64,000 nucleotides of DNA from Dictyostelium discoideum (taxonomy: Eukaryota), in the NCBI GenBank assembly GCA_000004695.1, contig CM000151.3:6240001-6304000 (forward strand), written 5' to 3'. Positions 13,851-29,415 of this stretch are shown here, piece by piece. Below the pieces are notes generated by a model. That model was not told the DNA's origin and searched no databases. It saw nothing but the letters and a program-made list of their open reading frames with translations. A program made the position numbers and the translations under genes. Position 1 is the first letter of the stretch. Each line of letters opens with the position of its first letter.

Positions 13851-15227
13851 ATCCAAATTATTAAATAAAAATAATATAAATATAAAAATTTTAAATAAAA
13901 TTTGAATTGTCCAAATTTAGAAATGTGAAAACCTAATCACTTTTTTTTTTTTTTTTTATTTTTTTTTTTTTTTTTTTAATCACACTTTTTTTTTTTTGTA
14001 ATTTGGTTTGAGTTTACAAAATTTTTTTTTTTTTAAATACAAAAAAAAAAAAAAAAAAAAGTATAGATTACCAATTCCTACAGTTAAAAATATACTCTTT
14101 TATTGCACCACTATTGTATTGAAGTGATCACTTTTTCAATTTTTATTTTTATTTTTATTTTTTTTTTTTTTCCTTTTTTCTTTTTTATTTAAAAATAAAA
14201 TCAAAAGATTAAATTTAATTAAGCCATATATCAAGTCAAAACAAAAAACGATAAACTTTAAAAAATAATTTTTTATCCACAATTTTTAAAAAAAAAAAAA
14301 AAAAAAAAAATAAACAAATGTTTTTTTTTTTTTTTTTTTTTTTTTGAAATCTTTTATAATTAATCTCTTTATCAGATATACACGTAAAAAGTATTATTAT
14401 AAAATTAATAAAAACCTTTTTTTAACAAAGAAAAGAAAAGAAAAGAAAAGAAAAAAAAAAAAAAAAAAAAAAAAAGTGATAAAAAAAAAAAAAATTTAAA
14501 ATTGTTTGAAAAAAATTAATTAATTATTAGTAGAGGGATACAAGAGTGATTATACGACTTCATGGCAATATTACAAAATAATTTATAAAATTTCTATCAT
14601 TGAAAAAAAAAAAAAACTTGGAGACTTGGGAGATAAAGTTTTCGCAATACATATTTAGAATGTTCTATTAAAAAAAAAAAAATTAATTGAACTGGTATAA
14701 AAAAAGTTTTTGGGGTGAAAAAAAAAAATTGGTGAGGAAAAAAAAAAAAAAAAAATTAAAAATAAATTAAATTAGGTTTAAAAATTAAAAACAAATCAAA
14801 TTAATAAACCTGTTCATTATTTAGTTTTCATTAAAAAAATTTAATACAAAACAAATAATGAATAAGTATAAAAAAAAAAATTTATGGGAAAATAAAGATT
14901 TAAAAAAGCAAAAAAAAAAAGAAAAAAAAAAAAAAAGAAGAAAAAAAAAAAAAAATAAATAAATTAATGTTGAAATTTCAACATTTTTAGTAATTTTATA
15001 AAGAGTAAAAAAAAAAATTTCTAGATTCAGGAATAAAAAAAAAAAAAAAAATTTTCCAGATTCAGGAATAAAAAAAAAAATTCTTTTTAATTTTTTTTTA
15101 ATAATGCATAATTTTCCACTTTTTTTTTTTTTTTTTTTATTCCTGAATCTGGAAAATTATACATTAATTATTAAAATTCCACAATAAAATTTTAACTCAA
15201 TATAATAAAAATGCCTCAAATAAAAAA

Positions 15228-15375
15228 CATCATATGGATGACTGATACATCTGAAATTAAATTTCAATAATAATAACATTATTATTGAAATTAATAATAA
15301 CATTATTATTGAAATTAATAATAACATTATTATTGAAATTAAATTTCAGATGTATCGGTCATCCATATGATGTTT
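15228..15375. repeat. Hairpin element: 31-bp inverted repeat (1 mismatch) flanking three tandem 24-bp units (aataataacattattattgaaatt)
   Basis: Direct reading: catcatatggatgactgatacatctgaaatt ... 3 x 24 bp ... aatttcagatgtatcggtcatccatatgatg. A second smaller inverted repeat (agattcaggaataaaaa / tattcctgaatct) lies at about 15008-15170. Confidence 0.8.
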
Positions 15376-15697
15376 CTGAGACCAATTCCCTTCCCATGGA
15401 CTTCTGATGATCCTCTTGATATAGCCACCAACCTTCCAGATTGTTTTGAATATAGTATACAAGTTTGAATGATAATTTTTTGATCACTTTAAACCTTACC
15501 AAAATAAAAAAAAAAAAAAAATACAACTAAACACATTTCAATCTTCATTTTTCCAATAATTTTTTTTTAATTTCCTAATTTTTTTTTTTTTTTTTTTTTT
15601 ATCATTAATTTTAATATTTTAATTATAATTTAGGATTTAAACTATTCTACACATAGATTAAATCTATTCAATAAATTAAATAATAAATCACCACAAG

Positions 15698-16314
<617 letters not shown>

Positions 16315-16668
16315 CTAATAATAACAATATCGCAAGGTATCAAGACTTTAGAGATTACTTTATTGGATCTTATCTTTGGTACCTCCAAATTATTTTTTTT
16401 TATTACAACAATTAAAATATTGAAATTTACCAAAAAAAACAAATATAATAAAAAAAAAAATTTCATTAGAAATTTGAGTGAAAATTGAGTTTTTATTTTC
16501 AATATTTCATTATTTTCATTTTTTTTTTTTTTATTTTCTCGTTTTTTTTTTTTTTTATATTTTTTTAAAAAAAAAAAAAAAAAATTCTAGTTCGTTTTTT
16601 TTTTTTTGTTAATCATATTGTAATTTATTTTATTTTTTTAATTAAAAAAAAAAAAATAAAAATAAAAA

Positions 16669-18810
16669 ATGATATCATTAAATAGAGTATCAAGAAGAGT
16701 TGTTCAATCAGTAATTAAAAATAATGGATGTAGTAATACAGTAAGATCCATTGGATCAGTATCATTATTAAATAATAACAATAATAATAACAACATTTCA
16801 AGTAAAATCACAAATAAACCACAAAATAGAATTAATATTAATAGTAATAATAATAGATTTACAAATAATTCAAGAGTTACAAGAACAAGTACATTTTCAT
16901 TACCAGAATCAGGTAAAACCATTACACGTTTAAATATTAATAAAAATGAACAAATAGGTTTAGATGTTGCAGTTTATAGATATTATTCAAAAAATCATGA
17001 AAAAATTAGAAATGTTGCAATTATTGCACATGTAGATCATGGTAAAACTTCATTGGTTGATCAATTATTACGTCAAAGTGGTGCAATTAAAGCAACAGAA
17101 AAAGATGAAAGAGTTATGGATTCAAATGCATTGGAAAAGGAAAGAGGTATTACAATTATGGCAAAATGTACTTCATTCGATTATAAGAATCATAAATTGA
17201 ACATTGTGGATACACCAGGTCACGGTGATTTTGGAGGTGAGGTTGAACGTGTGTTATCTATGGTAGATGGTGTAGTATTATTGGTTGATGCAACTGAAGG
17301 TCCAATGGCTCAAACTAAATTTGTACTTTCCAAAGCATTGAGTCAAGGTTTGAGACCAATTGTTGTAATTAATAAATTGGATCGTTCAACAGCACGTGTT
17401 GATGAAGTTGAGAATGAAATCTTTGATTTGTTTGCCACATTGGGCGCAAGTGATGAACAATTAAATTATCCAACTCTCTATGCATCAGGTCGTCAAGGTT
17501 GGGCAATCCGTTCACGTGGTGATGATCAAAAAGATATTCTCCCATTATTGGATACCATTGTAGAGTATGTAGAATGTCCAAATGTTAAACCAGAGGAACC
17601 ATTCACAATGTTGGTTACAAATTTAGAGTCTGATCCATTCGTTGGTCGTATTGTAACAGGTAAAATCTACTCTGGTAAGGCCAAGGTTGGTCAACCACTT
17701 CGTGTAGTCGATATGAAAGGTAATGTCATTGAAGATGGAAGTAAAATCACAAAGATTTTCTGTCGTCGTGCTATGGAAAGAATTGTTTTGGAAGAAGGTG
17801 AAGCTGGTGATATCGTTGGTATCGCTGGTTTCTCCCAAGCCACTGTCACCAATTCACTCATTGCCGAAGGTGTCAAAGAACCAATCAAAGCCATTCCAAT
17901 TGATCCACCAGTTTTAGCAATGTATTTCGAAGCCAACAACAGTCCATTCGCTGGTAAAGAAGGTACTCATTGCACAACTTTAAAAATTAAAAGTCGTCTC
18001 CTCAAAGAGATTGAATCAAATGTTTCACTTCAAGTAAACGTAACTGGTGAATCCTTTGAGGTTAAAGGTCGTGGTGAGCTTCAATTAGGTATCCTTTTAG
18101 AGAATATGAGAAGAGAAGGCTATGAAGTTGCCGTATCTCAACCAAGAGTTGTCTTTACCAAAGATGAAAATGGTAATCTCATGGAACCACAAGAAGAGGT
18201 AACAATCGATGTCGATACCGAATATTCTGGTGCTATCATTGAAAAACTTTCAAAGAGAAATGGTGATATCACCGATATGAAACAATCAATGGGTAAATCT
18301 AGATTGGTTTTCCTCGTACCATCAAGAGGTTTAATTGGTTTAAGAAGTGAAATCATCAATGATACCAAAGGTACCGGTGTCATGAATCATTTATTCCACT
18401 CTTATGTACCACATAAAGGTCCAATGGATAACAAAGAGAAAGGTGCTTTAATTTCAATGAGTGAAGGTGTTGCCACTGCTTTCTCATTAAGTGCTCTCGA
18501 AGATAGAGGTGTTCTCTTTATTGGCCCACAAACTCAAGTTTACTCTGGTATGATCATTGGTGAAAACTCAAAATTAACTGATTTAGATGTTAATCCAGTT
18601 AAATCCAAACAATTAACAAACATTAGAACTACAGTCAAAGAAGAGGGTATCCGTCTCTCTCCTCCAAAATTATTAAAATTAGAAGAAGCTATTGCTTGTG
18701 TCAAAGAAGATGAACTCATTGAAATCACTCCAAAGAGTATTCGTTTAAGAAAGAGAGAATTGGATTCAACTAAAAGACAAAAAATTAATAGAGATAAAAA
18801 ATCTATGTAA
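16669..18810 (+). CDS. typA: TypA/BipA translational GTPase with an N-terminal organellar (mitochondrial-type) presequence, 713 aa, single exon
   Basis: AIIAHVDHGKTSLVDQLLRQSGAI...ERGITIMAKCTSFDYKNHKLNIVDTPGHGDFGGEVERVLSMVDGVVLLVDATEGPMAQTKFV is collinear with bacterial BipA over the full length. The N-terminal 100 aa are rich in R/S/N, as expected for a targeting peptide. Confidence 0.9.
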   Translation: MISLNRVSRRVVQSVIKNNGCSNTVRSIGSVSLLNNNNNNNNISSKITNKPQNRININSNNNRFTNNSRVTRTSTFSLPESGKTITRLNINKNEQIGLDVAVYRYYSKNHEKIRNVAIIAHVDHGKTSLVDQLLRQSGAIKATEKDERVMDSNALEKERGITIMAKCTSFDYKNHKLNIVDTPGHGDFGGEVERVLSMVDGVVLLVDATEGPMAQTKFVLSKALSQGLRPIVVINKLDRSTARVDEVENEIFDLFATLGASDEQLNYPTLYASGRQGWAIRSRGDDQKDILPLLDTIVEYVECPNVKPEEPFTMLVTNLESDPFVGRIVTGKIYSGKAKVGQPLRVVDMKGNVIEDGSKITKIFCRRAMERIVLEEGEAGDIVGIAGFSQATVTNSLIAEGVKEPIKAIPIDPPVLAMYFEANNSPFAGKEGTHCTTLKIKSRLLKEIESNVSLQVNVTGESFEVKGRGELQLGILLENMRREGYEVAVSQPRVVFTKDENGNLMEPQEEVTIDVDTEYSGAIIEKLSKRNGDITDMKQSMGKSRLVFLVPSRGLIGLRSEIINDTKGTGVMNHLFHSYVPHKGPMDNKEKGALISMSEGVATAFSLSALEDRGVLFIGPQTQVYSGMIIGENSKLTDLDVNPVKSKQLTNIRTTVKEEGIRLSPPKLLKLEEAIACVKEDELIEITPKSIRLRKRELDSTKRQKINRDKKSM

Positions 18811-19238
18811 ATTGATTAAATAAAAAAAAAAAAAAAACAAAAAAAAGAAAAATACAAAATTTAAAGTTAAAGTCAACAATAATAATAATAATAATAAAAA
18901 AAAAATATAAATATTTTATATCTCAAATTATTATTAATATTTTTTTTTTTTTTTTTTTTTATTATTATTACTATAATTATTATTAATATTTTTTTTTTTT
19001 TTTAATAATAATTATTATTATAATTTCTTTTTTGATCAATTTAGATCTTGAGATCTAAGAAAATAGTTAAATATAAGATGTTGGTAAATTTTTGTAATTG
19101 TGCGCCATCAAAAATAAAATTGACGTATCCAAAAATCCCAAACCAGACCAGTTTATGTAAAAAAATCAGAATCTGACTTTTGACATCTTTTTTATTTTTA
19201 TTTTTTTTTATTTTTTATTTTTTTTTTTTTTTTTTTTG

Positions 19239-19281
<43 letters not shown>

Positions 19282-19347
19282 TATAGAACCTTTGAAATTT
19301 TTTTTTTTTTTTAATTTGCAGATTTTATTCATTCATTTAAAAAAAGT

Positions 19348-19406
<59 letters not shown>

Positions 19407-19471
19407 TTCATTTATTTTATTTATTTATTTTATTTTATTTATTTATTCAATTTTTAATTTTATTTAAAAAT

Positions 19472-22432
<2,961 letters not shown>

Positions 22433-22507
22433 ATAAATTCTTTTTTTTTTTTTTTTTTTTAAATAATCTTAATAAGTTTACAGTATGTTTATTTTACAAT
22501 TTTTTTT

Positions 22508-23184
22508 TTATTCTAAATTTAATTTCATCCAAACTAAATTAGTATTTGTTTTTTTTAATTTTGAATTTCCACCAAATATTCTTAATAAATTTGATACTTT
22601 TTCACTATCATCTATATTGTCTTCATTTTTTTCCTTGCTAATACTACTACTACCACTACTATTACTACTAATACAACTACTAAAATTAGAAGTTGAAATT
22701 GGATCACATTCAATATAACCAAATGTTTTATAAAATTCTTGTTTATCATTTGTTGAAAGATATGATATTTTATAACCTTTTTTTTTCATTATTTTATGAC
22801 CTTCTATCATTAATAATTTACCATACCCTTTTCCCCTATATTTTGATTTAATTAAAACTATAAAAATTAATTAATTTCTGTTTAAAAACTTTTTTTTTTT
22901 TTTTCAAAAAAAAAATTACCATTTTCTAATAATAATGAAACATTTGAATCTTTATCATTATTTAAAACTGTTGAAATTGTTAAACAACCTATAACTTCTT
23001 CAGTTTCTTCTACCGTTAGTTCATCATTTTTTAATTTCATAATTAAATAAAAAGGAAAATTATCATTTGATTTCTCTATTGATGCCTTTCTTGAATATTC
23101 CGATCTGGGCCATTGTGAATTTAATAACTTTATTAATTCTTCTATATATTTATTATCATTGTGTATATATGAAAAAGATATCAT
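22508..23184 (-). CDS. GNAT-family N-acetyltransferase, 2 exons (22920..23184, 22508..22857), about 204 aa
   Basis: Exon 1 reads MISFSYIHNDNKYIEELIKLLNSQWPRSEYS...SLLLEN with donor GTAATT in phase 1; the acceptor is tttatAG; exon 2 reads VLIKSKYRGKGYGKLLMIEGHKIMKKKGYKISYLSTNDKQEFYKTFGY (GNAT motif A R-G-x-G-x-G). Convergent with the TBC gene. Confidence 0.7.
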
Positions 23185-23546
23185 TGCAAAAATTTGTGTT
23201 TTGTAAAATAAATGAATTAAAAAAAAAAAAAAAAAAAAAAGTAAAAAAATAAAAAAAAATTAAATAAAAAATGAAAAATGAAAAACGAGTTATTTTTAGA
23301 ACAAAAAAAAATAAAAAAAAATCTAATTATTTTCACACACATTATACTATGACAAAATTTTTAAAACAAATATAAAACCTATAAAAAAAAAAAATAAAAA
23401 ATAAAAAAAAAAAAAAAGTTAAAATGAAAAAGAAATAATTATTTTCTTTCTTTTAATTTATTTTATTTATTTTAATGCAATTCCGAGTTATTAATTGTAT
23501 TTTTTTATGTAGAATTTTATTTTTTTTATTTGTTCATTTTATTAGA

Positions 23547-23702
23547 ATGAGTAATTCTCAAGCTAATTGTATATTTTCTTTTGTTGATGGAACTAAATTT
23601 AATTTAACATCGCTTAGATTAGAGTAAATATTTTATTTAAATAATAATATTATTAATTTAAATAATAATTAATAAAAAACAATAAGGACTAATTAATTTT
23701 TA

Positions 23703-23742
<40 letters not shown>

Positions 23743-25732
23743 ATAATAATAACTCTCATAAAGAGGAGGTGGATTTTATAACTCAAGTTTTTCAAATGAA
23801 AATATAGATTATAATATAATATTTAATATTTGTGGTAATGTTGAATATTGTAGAGGTATTGATGGAAATGGTGATGGGAGTACATTTTTAGAGAGTTCAC
23901 AATCATGTCAAGTATTTCCAAATGATGAAACAACATTTCAAACTGGTGTATTAAATAAAGAGCATGCATATAAAACATCAACTGGTATGGTTTTAGTATA
24001 TACATCAGAAATTGAATATCCAACATGCACCTATGACAATCATAAATCAAATCAATTAATTATTAATTGTGATGAAAATCAAGAATTTTTAATTGTAAAT
24101 ACAAACAATTCAACCAGACCATGTTTTTATCAAATAACAATAAATTCAAAACATGTCTGTGATAATAATAATAATAATAATAGCAATAGTTCAAGTAGTG
24201 ATTGCAATATCAGTAATAGCAAAAGTAGTAATTGCAATATTAGTAGCAGTATCAATAATAGTAGTAGCAATAGTAGAAGTAGCAATAATAGTAGTAGCAG
24301 TAGTAGTAGCAATAGTAGTGAGAGTAGTGGAAGTGGTGGAAGTGATTGTAGTGTTAATTGTAATGGTAGTAGTGATAGTACAAGTTGGTCATTACCATCA
24401 TTTTCTATACCATCTGATTCATCTGATTGGTTACCATCATTTCCTGGTTCATTACCATCTGATTCATCCGATTGGCAACCATCATTTCCGGGCTCATTAC
24501 CATCTGATTCGTCTGATTCATTGCCATCTTTACCTGGCTCTCTACCTGATTCGTCTGGTTCATTACCATCGTTTCCTGGTTCATTACCATCTGGATCATC
24601 TGATTCATTGCCATCTTTTCCTGGCTCTCTACCATCTGATTCGTCTGATTCATTACCATCATTTCCTGGTTCTTTACCATCTGGATCATCTGATTCATTA
24701 CCATCGTTTCCTGGTTCTTTGCCATCTGGATCATCTGATTCATTACCATCTTTTCCTGGATCTTTTCCATCTGGATCATCAGACACATTATCATCGTTTC
24801 CTGGATCATTACCATCTGATTCATCTGACCCATTATCATCATCACCGGGTTCATTACCATCCGATTCCTCTGGATCATTTCCATCGCTTACTGGTTCATC
24901 AGATCTGTCATCAACAATCACTACCACACCAACAACACCGACAACAACTCCAAATTTTACATTTACCCCAACAATACCAACTCTAACACCAATAAATACC
25001 ACCTTTCCAACTTTAACCCCAACAAATACTTCTTTTCCAACTTTAACTCCAACAAACTCTTCCACCCCAACTCCAACAAATTCTTCCACCCCAACTCCAA
25101 CAAATTCTTCCACCCCAACTCCAACAAATTCTTCCACCCCAACTCCTACCAATTCTTCAGATCCTTCATCAGCATCCTCATTTAACTCCTCTTCATCATT
25201 TAATTCTACATCATCAAGTAATTCCACAATATCACCATCATCATCATCTTTAAATAACTCAACGTCTTCATTTAATTCAACATCATTAAGTAATTCAACA
25301 TCATCAAGTAATTCCACAATTTCTTCATCATCACTGAATAATACATCATCTATTTCTGAAGATTTTTTAGTTTCATGTTATTTTACAAACTCAACTATAT
25401 TTGTTAAAAATAAAGGAAATGAATTTATAAAATGTAAAGGGTATGGTTCAACAAATTGCACAAATCAAAATACTCTTTGTGAAAGTAAAAAAAACAATAC
25501 CGCAATTAATTGTTGGGGTAAAAAAGAAATTAATTGTAAAGGTTCTTCGATAACTTGTTCAGTATTTGGTAAATTAACTTGTACAAATGCAAATAACTTG
25601 GTAGAATTAGTCAGTGATGAAACTCAAAGTATTAGCGAAAGTGATGGTTATATTTTAAACAATTTTCAGAATCCAAAAAATTATTTTTCATTTTTAATAT
25701 TTATTATTTTTTCCATTAAAATTATTATTTAA
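23547..25732 (+). CDS. MRH (mannose-6-phosphate-receptor-homology) domain protein with Ser/Pro/Thr-rich tandem repeats and a C-terminal GPI-anchor-like signal; at least 2 exons (23547..23623, 23788..25732). The 5' end is unresolved (no signal peptide found)
   Basis: MSNSQANCIFSFVDGTKFNLTSLRL with donor GTAAAT; after the intron come ...YNIIFNICGNVEYCRG...CQVF...LVYTSEIEYPTCTYDN...LIINCDENQEFLIVNTNNSTRPCFYQITINSKHVC (MRH/CIMR Cys pattern). Then about 10 copies of the 15-aa repeat LPSFPGSLPSDSSDS (24395-24900), (TPTPTNSS)n, a Cys-rich module, and the hydrophobic tail FSFLIFIIFSIKIII. Confidence 0.55.
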
Positions 25733-25976
25733 TTTAATTTAATTCAATAATTGTATTTTAATAAATAGATAATTATAAAAAAATAATTATAAAAAAATAA
25801 ATAAACAAAATAATTATATGTATAGTTTTTTTTTAATTTTTTTAATTTTTTTTTTTTTTATTTATTTTTTTTTTTATTTGTTTTTTTTTTTTTTTTTTTT
25901 AATATTTATAAAAAGATATAATATTTGGTTTTGTTTTTTTTTTTTTTTTTTTTGCGTAATAATATTATTTATTTAT

Positions 25977-27838
25977 TTAATCATCAGCATCGGTTGGACC
26001 CATTTTTGGTGGTTTTGGACCACCAGCTGGTTTAGACATAATGATTTGATCGACTCTTAAAACGGTGTTAGCAGTGTTTGTAGCTAATTTAATTGCGAAA
26101 AGTTTTGAAGCAAAAGCGTCTAAAACATCCATTTCGAGTACAGATTTTGGTTGACCAGATTCAATATCTAAACCATAATTGGTATTACCTTTGGTATGAG
26201 CTGCATAAATATTTGAGATTGCTTTTGAGGAGTCGTGACCACTAGTTTCAGCAAGAGTTCTTGGAATGATTTCGAAAGCTTCAGCGTATTGACGAATTGA
26301 ATATTGAGAGAGACCTGGTGTAGCATCGGCAAAAGCTTGGAGTTTACGTGAGGCTTCAATTTCAAAAGCACCAGCACCAGCTAAGAATCTACCATCTTTA
26401 CACATACCTTTGAAAACGTTGACACCATCATCGATGGCACGTTCAATATCATCGAGAATGTTATTGGTTGAACCACGAACTACAATGGTGGAGATTTCAC
26501 TTTCTTCTTTATTTTGACGGAAAATACAACATTTGGTTGAACCGATCTCTTCAACGAGTACTTCATCACAGTAACCCAATTCCTCAGGGATAGGGGCACC
26601 CAATTTAACTAATGGAGTTGCACCGATTGCTTTACAAACACGACGTAATTGGAATTTAGATTGAATACGAACCAACATGATTTTGAATCTTTCAATGTAA
26701 TGTAAAGCCAATTCGGAAACGGTTGAACCAGAGATGATCACTTTGACACCGGTATTTGCGATGGCAGTGATTGTCTCTCTGATTGAATCTTCCTCACCTT
26801 TGGAGAATTGTAACAATTCATCCTCGTTGGTGATCAATACTTTACCAGTGGTTTCAGTACGACCTAAATCGATACCCATTGTGAAAACGGCGATTTTTGC
26901 TTTCTCCATTCTTTTGATGGTACCTTCGGCATCCATTGGGATGACGAAACCTTTGATTACACTTGTATCAGTTACGCCACCACCTGGAATCTTGGTGACT
27001 CTAACATTATCGATATTGAAATTAACTGCTTTCTTTGGTAAAACTTGAAGACATGCATTGGTGATAATCTCTGATAAAAATTCCTCATATCCATATTGTT
27101 TACTTGCGATGGCTGATTTCAAACATTTTGTAACCTCCTTCTTATCTGTAATATCCTTTAAATTGTATACAATCATTGATTCAATAATCTCTTGAAGTTT
27201 AGCACCTGCTTTTTCAAAACCAGTTATAATTTCACTTGGGTGAAGTCCCATCTCTAATAAAGTTGCTGCTTTTTGTAAAAATTCACCTGTTAATGTAACA
27301 ACATAATTTGTACCATCTCCCATCTAAAAATTATTAATAATAAAAAAATAATAATAATAATAATAATAAATATTGAAAATATTATAATTCAATTTTAAAA
27401 ATTGTATTGATTTGTAATTTTTTTTTTTTTTTTAGAAATAATAAATTTTTTAGGTTAAAATTTTCATTTAAATAAAAATAAAAATGGTGGTTAGTAATCA
27501 ATATTGTAGTGTTTAGATTTATAAATTTTGAGAGAGAGAAAAAAAAAAAAAAAAAAAAAAATATTACATACTTCTTGTTCTTGCATTTGAGCAGCCATAA
27601 CCAACATTTTTGCAGCTGGATGAATAACATCTAATTCTCTAATGATGGTTGCGGCATCATTTGTAACAAATAATTTCTCTAAATGATTGATGATCATTTT
27701 ATTCATACCATTTGGACCTAATGATGTTCTTGTAATCTCTGATAATTGTTTGGTTGCATCAATATTTCTTAAGATTGCTTCATCTTTGCCTGCAAAATGC
27801 TTTGCACCATCTTTTAACATATCAGTTAATCCTAACAT
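25977..27838 (-). CDS. cct8: T-complex chaperonin subunit theta (CCT8), 2 exons (27572..27838, 25977..27323), about 537 aa
   Basis: Exon 1 reads MLGLTDMLKDGAKHFAGKDEAILRNIDATKQLSEITRTSLGPNGMNKMIINHLEKLFVTNDAATIIRELDVIHPAAKMLVMAAQMQEQE with donor GTATGT. Exon 2 (acceptor tttttAG) reads MGDGTNYVV... and ends ...LRVDQIIMSKPAGGPKPP, the diagnostic CCT-theta C-terminus. Collinear with human CCT8. Confidence 0.9.
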
Positions 27839-27928
27839 TTTTTTATTTTATATATATAAGTGTGATGATTTCGTCTCGCAATATTGAACAAAAACCAAAA
27901 CATCAATGAAATTTTTTGAAAAATTTTA

Positions 27929-27961
<33 letters not shown>

Positions 27962-28309
27962 TGAAAAAAAAAAAAATGAAAAAAATTTCATTTTTTTTTT
28001 TTATTAATAAAAATGGTTGACCTCCAAAGCCATTGCAATTTCACCAAAAACACTTTGTTTCAATTTGATAACTATTTTTTTAAATTTTTTTTTTGATTTT
28101 ATCTTCTTTATTTTTTATTTATTTATTTATTATTTTTTTTTTTTACTTTAAATAATATTGATTTCATTCCAATTAATTAAAAAAATAAAAATAAATAAAT
28201 AACAAATAAAAAAAATTATTTCTAATTTTAAAAATATTTATAAGAAAGAAATTTCTTACTTATAAATATTTACAATTTAATTAGTTTTAATCCTAACATG
28301 TAAATTTTA

Positions 28310-28415
<106 letters not shown>

Positions 28416-28497
28416 AAATTTTTTTTTTTATTTTTATTTTTATTTTTTTTTAATTTAAAAAAACGAACGAAAATTTAAATAAATAAAAAGAAAAAAA

Positions 28498-29319
28498 ATG
28501 GTATTATATATTATTGGATTGGGATTAGGTGATGAAAAAGATGTAACAATTAAAGGATTTGAAGCAATAAAGAAATCAAGTAAAATTTATTTAGAAGCAT
28601 ATACATCATTATTAGGTGGATCAACATCAATTGAAGCATTAGAGAAATTTTATGAAAAAAAGATTATTATAGCCGATAGAGAAATGGTTGAATCAGGTTG
28701 CGAAGAAATGTTAAAAGAATCAACAGAGAATGATGTTTCATTTTTAGTTGTAGGTGACCCATTCGGAGCAACAACTCATACAGATTTAGTTATTCGTGCT
28801 AAAGAATTATCGATTCCAGTTAAAGTGATTCACAATGCCTCAATTATGAATGCAATTGGTTGTTGTGGTCTTCAATTATATAGTTATGGTCAAACCATAT
28901 CAATGGTATTCTTTACAGAAACCACCAAACCCGATAGTTGGTACGATCGTGTTAAAATCAATCGTGTCAATGGTATGCATACCCTCTGCTTATTAGATAT
29001 CAAAGTTAAAGAACAATCAATTGAAAATATGTGTCGTGGTCGTTTAATTTATGAACCACCAAGATTCATGACCGTTAATCAATGTATTGAACAACTCTTG
29101 GAAATTGAAGAAATACGTAAAGAAAAAGTTTACGATCAAGATACCCTATGCATTGGTTTATCTCGTGTTGGTCAAGATGATCAACAAATCATTTCTGGTA
29201 CTATGAAAGAATTATTAGATGTTGATTTTGGTGCTCCACTTCATTCTTTTATCATTTGTGGTGATATGCATTTCATTGAAAAAGAATATTTTGAAACTTT
29301 TAGAGTTAAAAAAAATTAA
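28498..29319 (+). CDS. dph5: Diphthine synthase (diphthamide biosynthesis methyltransferase), 273 aa
   Basis: MVLYIIGLGLGDEKDVTIKGFEAIKKSSKIYLEAYTS...FLVVGDPFGATTHTDLVIRAKELSIPVKVIHNASIMNAIGCCGLQLYSYGQ is collinear with the DPH5 family. Confidence 0.9.
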   Translation: MVLYIIGLGLGDEKDVTIKGFEAIKKSSKIYLEAYTSLLGGSTSIEALEKFYEKKIIIADREMVESGCEEMLKESTENDVSFLVVGDPFGATTHTDLVIRAKELSIPVKVIHNASIMNAIGCCGLQLYSYGQTISMVFFTETTKPDSWYDRVKINRVNGMHTLCLLDIKVKEQSIENMCRGRLIYEPPRFMTVNQCIEQLLEIEEIRKEKVYDQDTLCIGLSRVGQDDQQIISGTMKELLDVDFGAPLHSFIICGDMHFIEKEYFETFRVKKN

Positions 29320-29415
29320 TAATAATAAAAAAATACAAAAAATTAATAAAAAAAAAAAAAAAAAAAATAAGATTTTATTTATATATTTATATATTATATT
29401 TTATTATTATTATTA

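Noticed and set aside
15270-15345. Three regularly spaced 24-bp direct repeats (CRISPR-like appearance)
   Set aside because: This is a eukaryotic genome; the units are contiguous with no spacers and sit inside a hairpin. It is a tandem repeat, not a CRISPR array.
15376-15490. Possible box C/D snoRNA (a TGATGA motif is present)
   Set aside because: There is no correctly placed CTGA D-box or terminal stem on either strand. It is kept only as part of the gene-desert finding.
24130-25317. 395-aa minus-strand ORF and several plus-strand alternative-frame ORFs (24153..24986, 24405..24884)
   Set aside because: They lie antisense or out of frame across the 45-bp tandem-repeat block of the MRH/repeat gene. 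Their periodic low-complexity translations are artefacts of the repeat.
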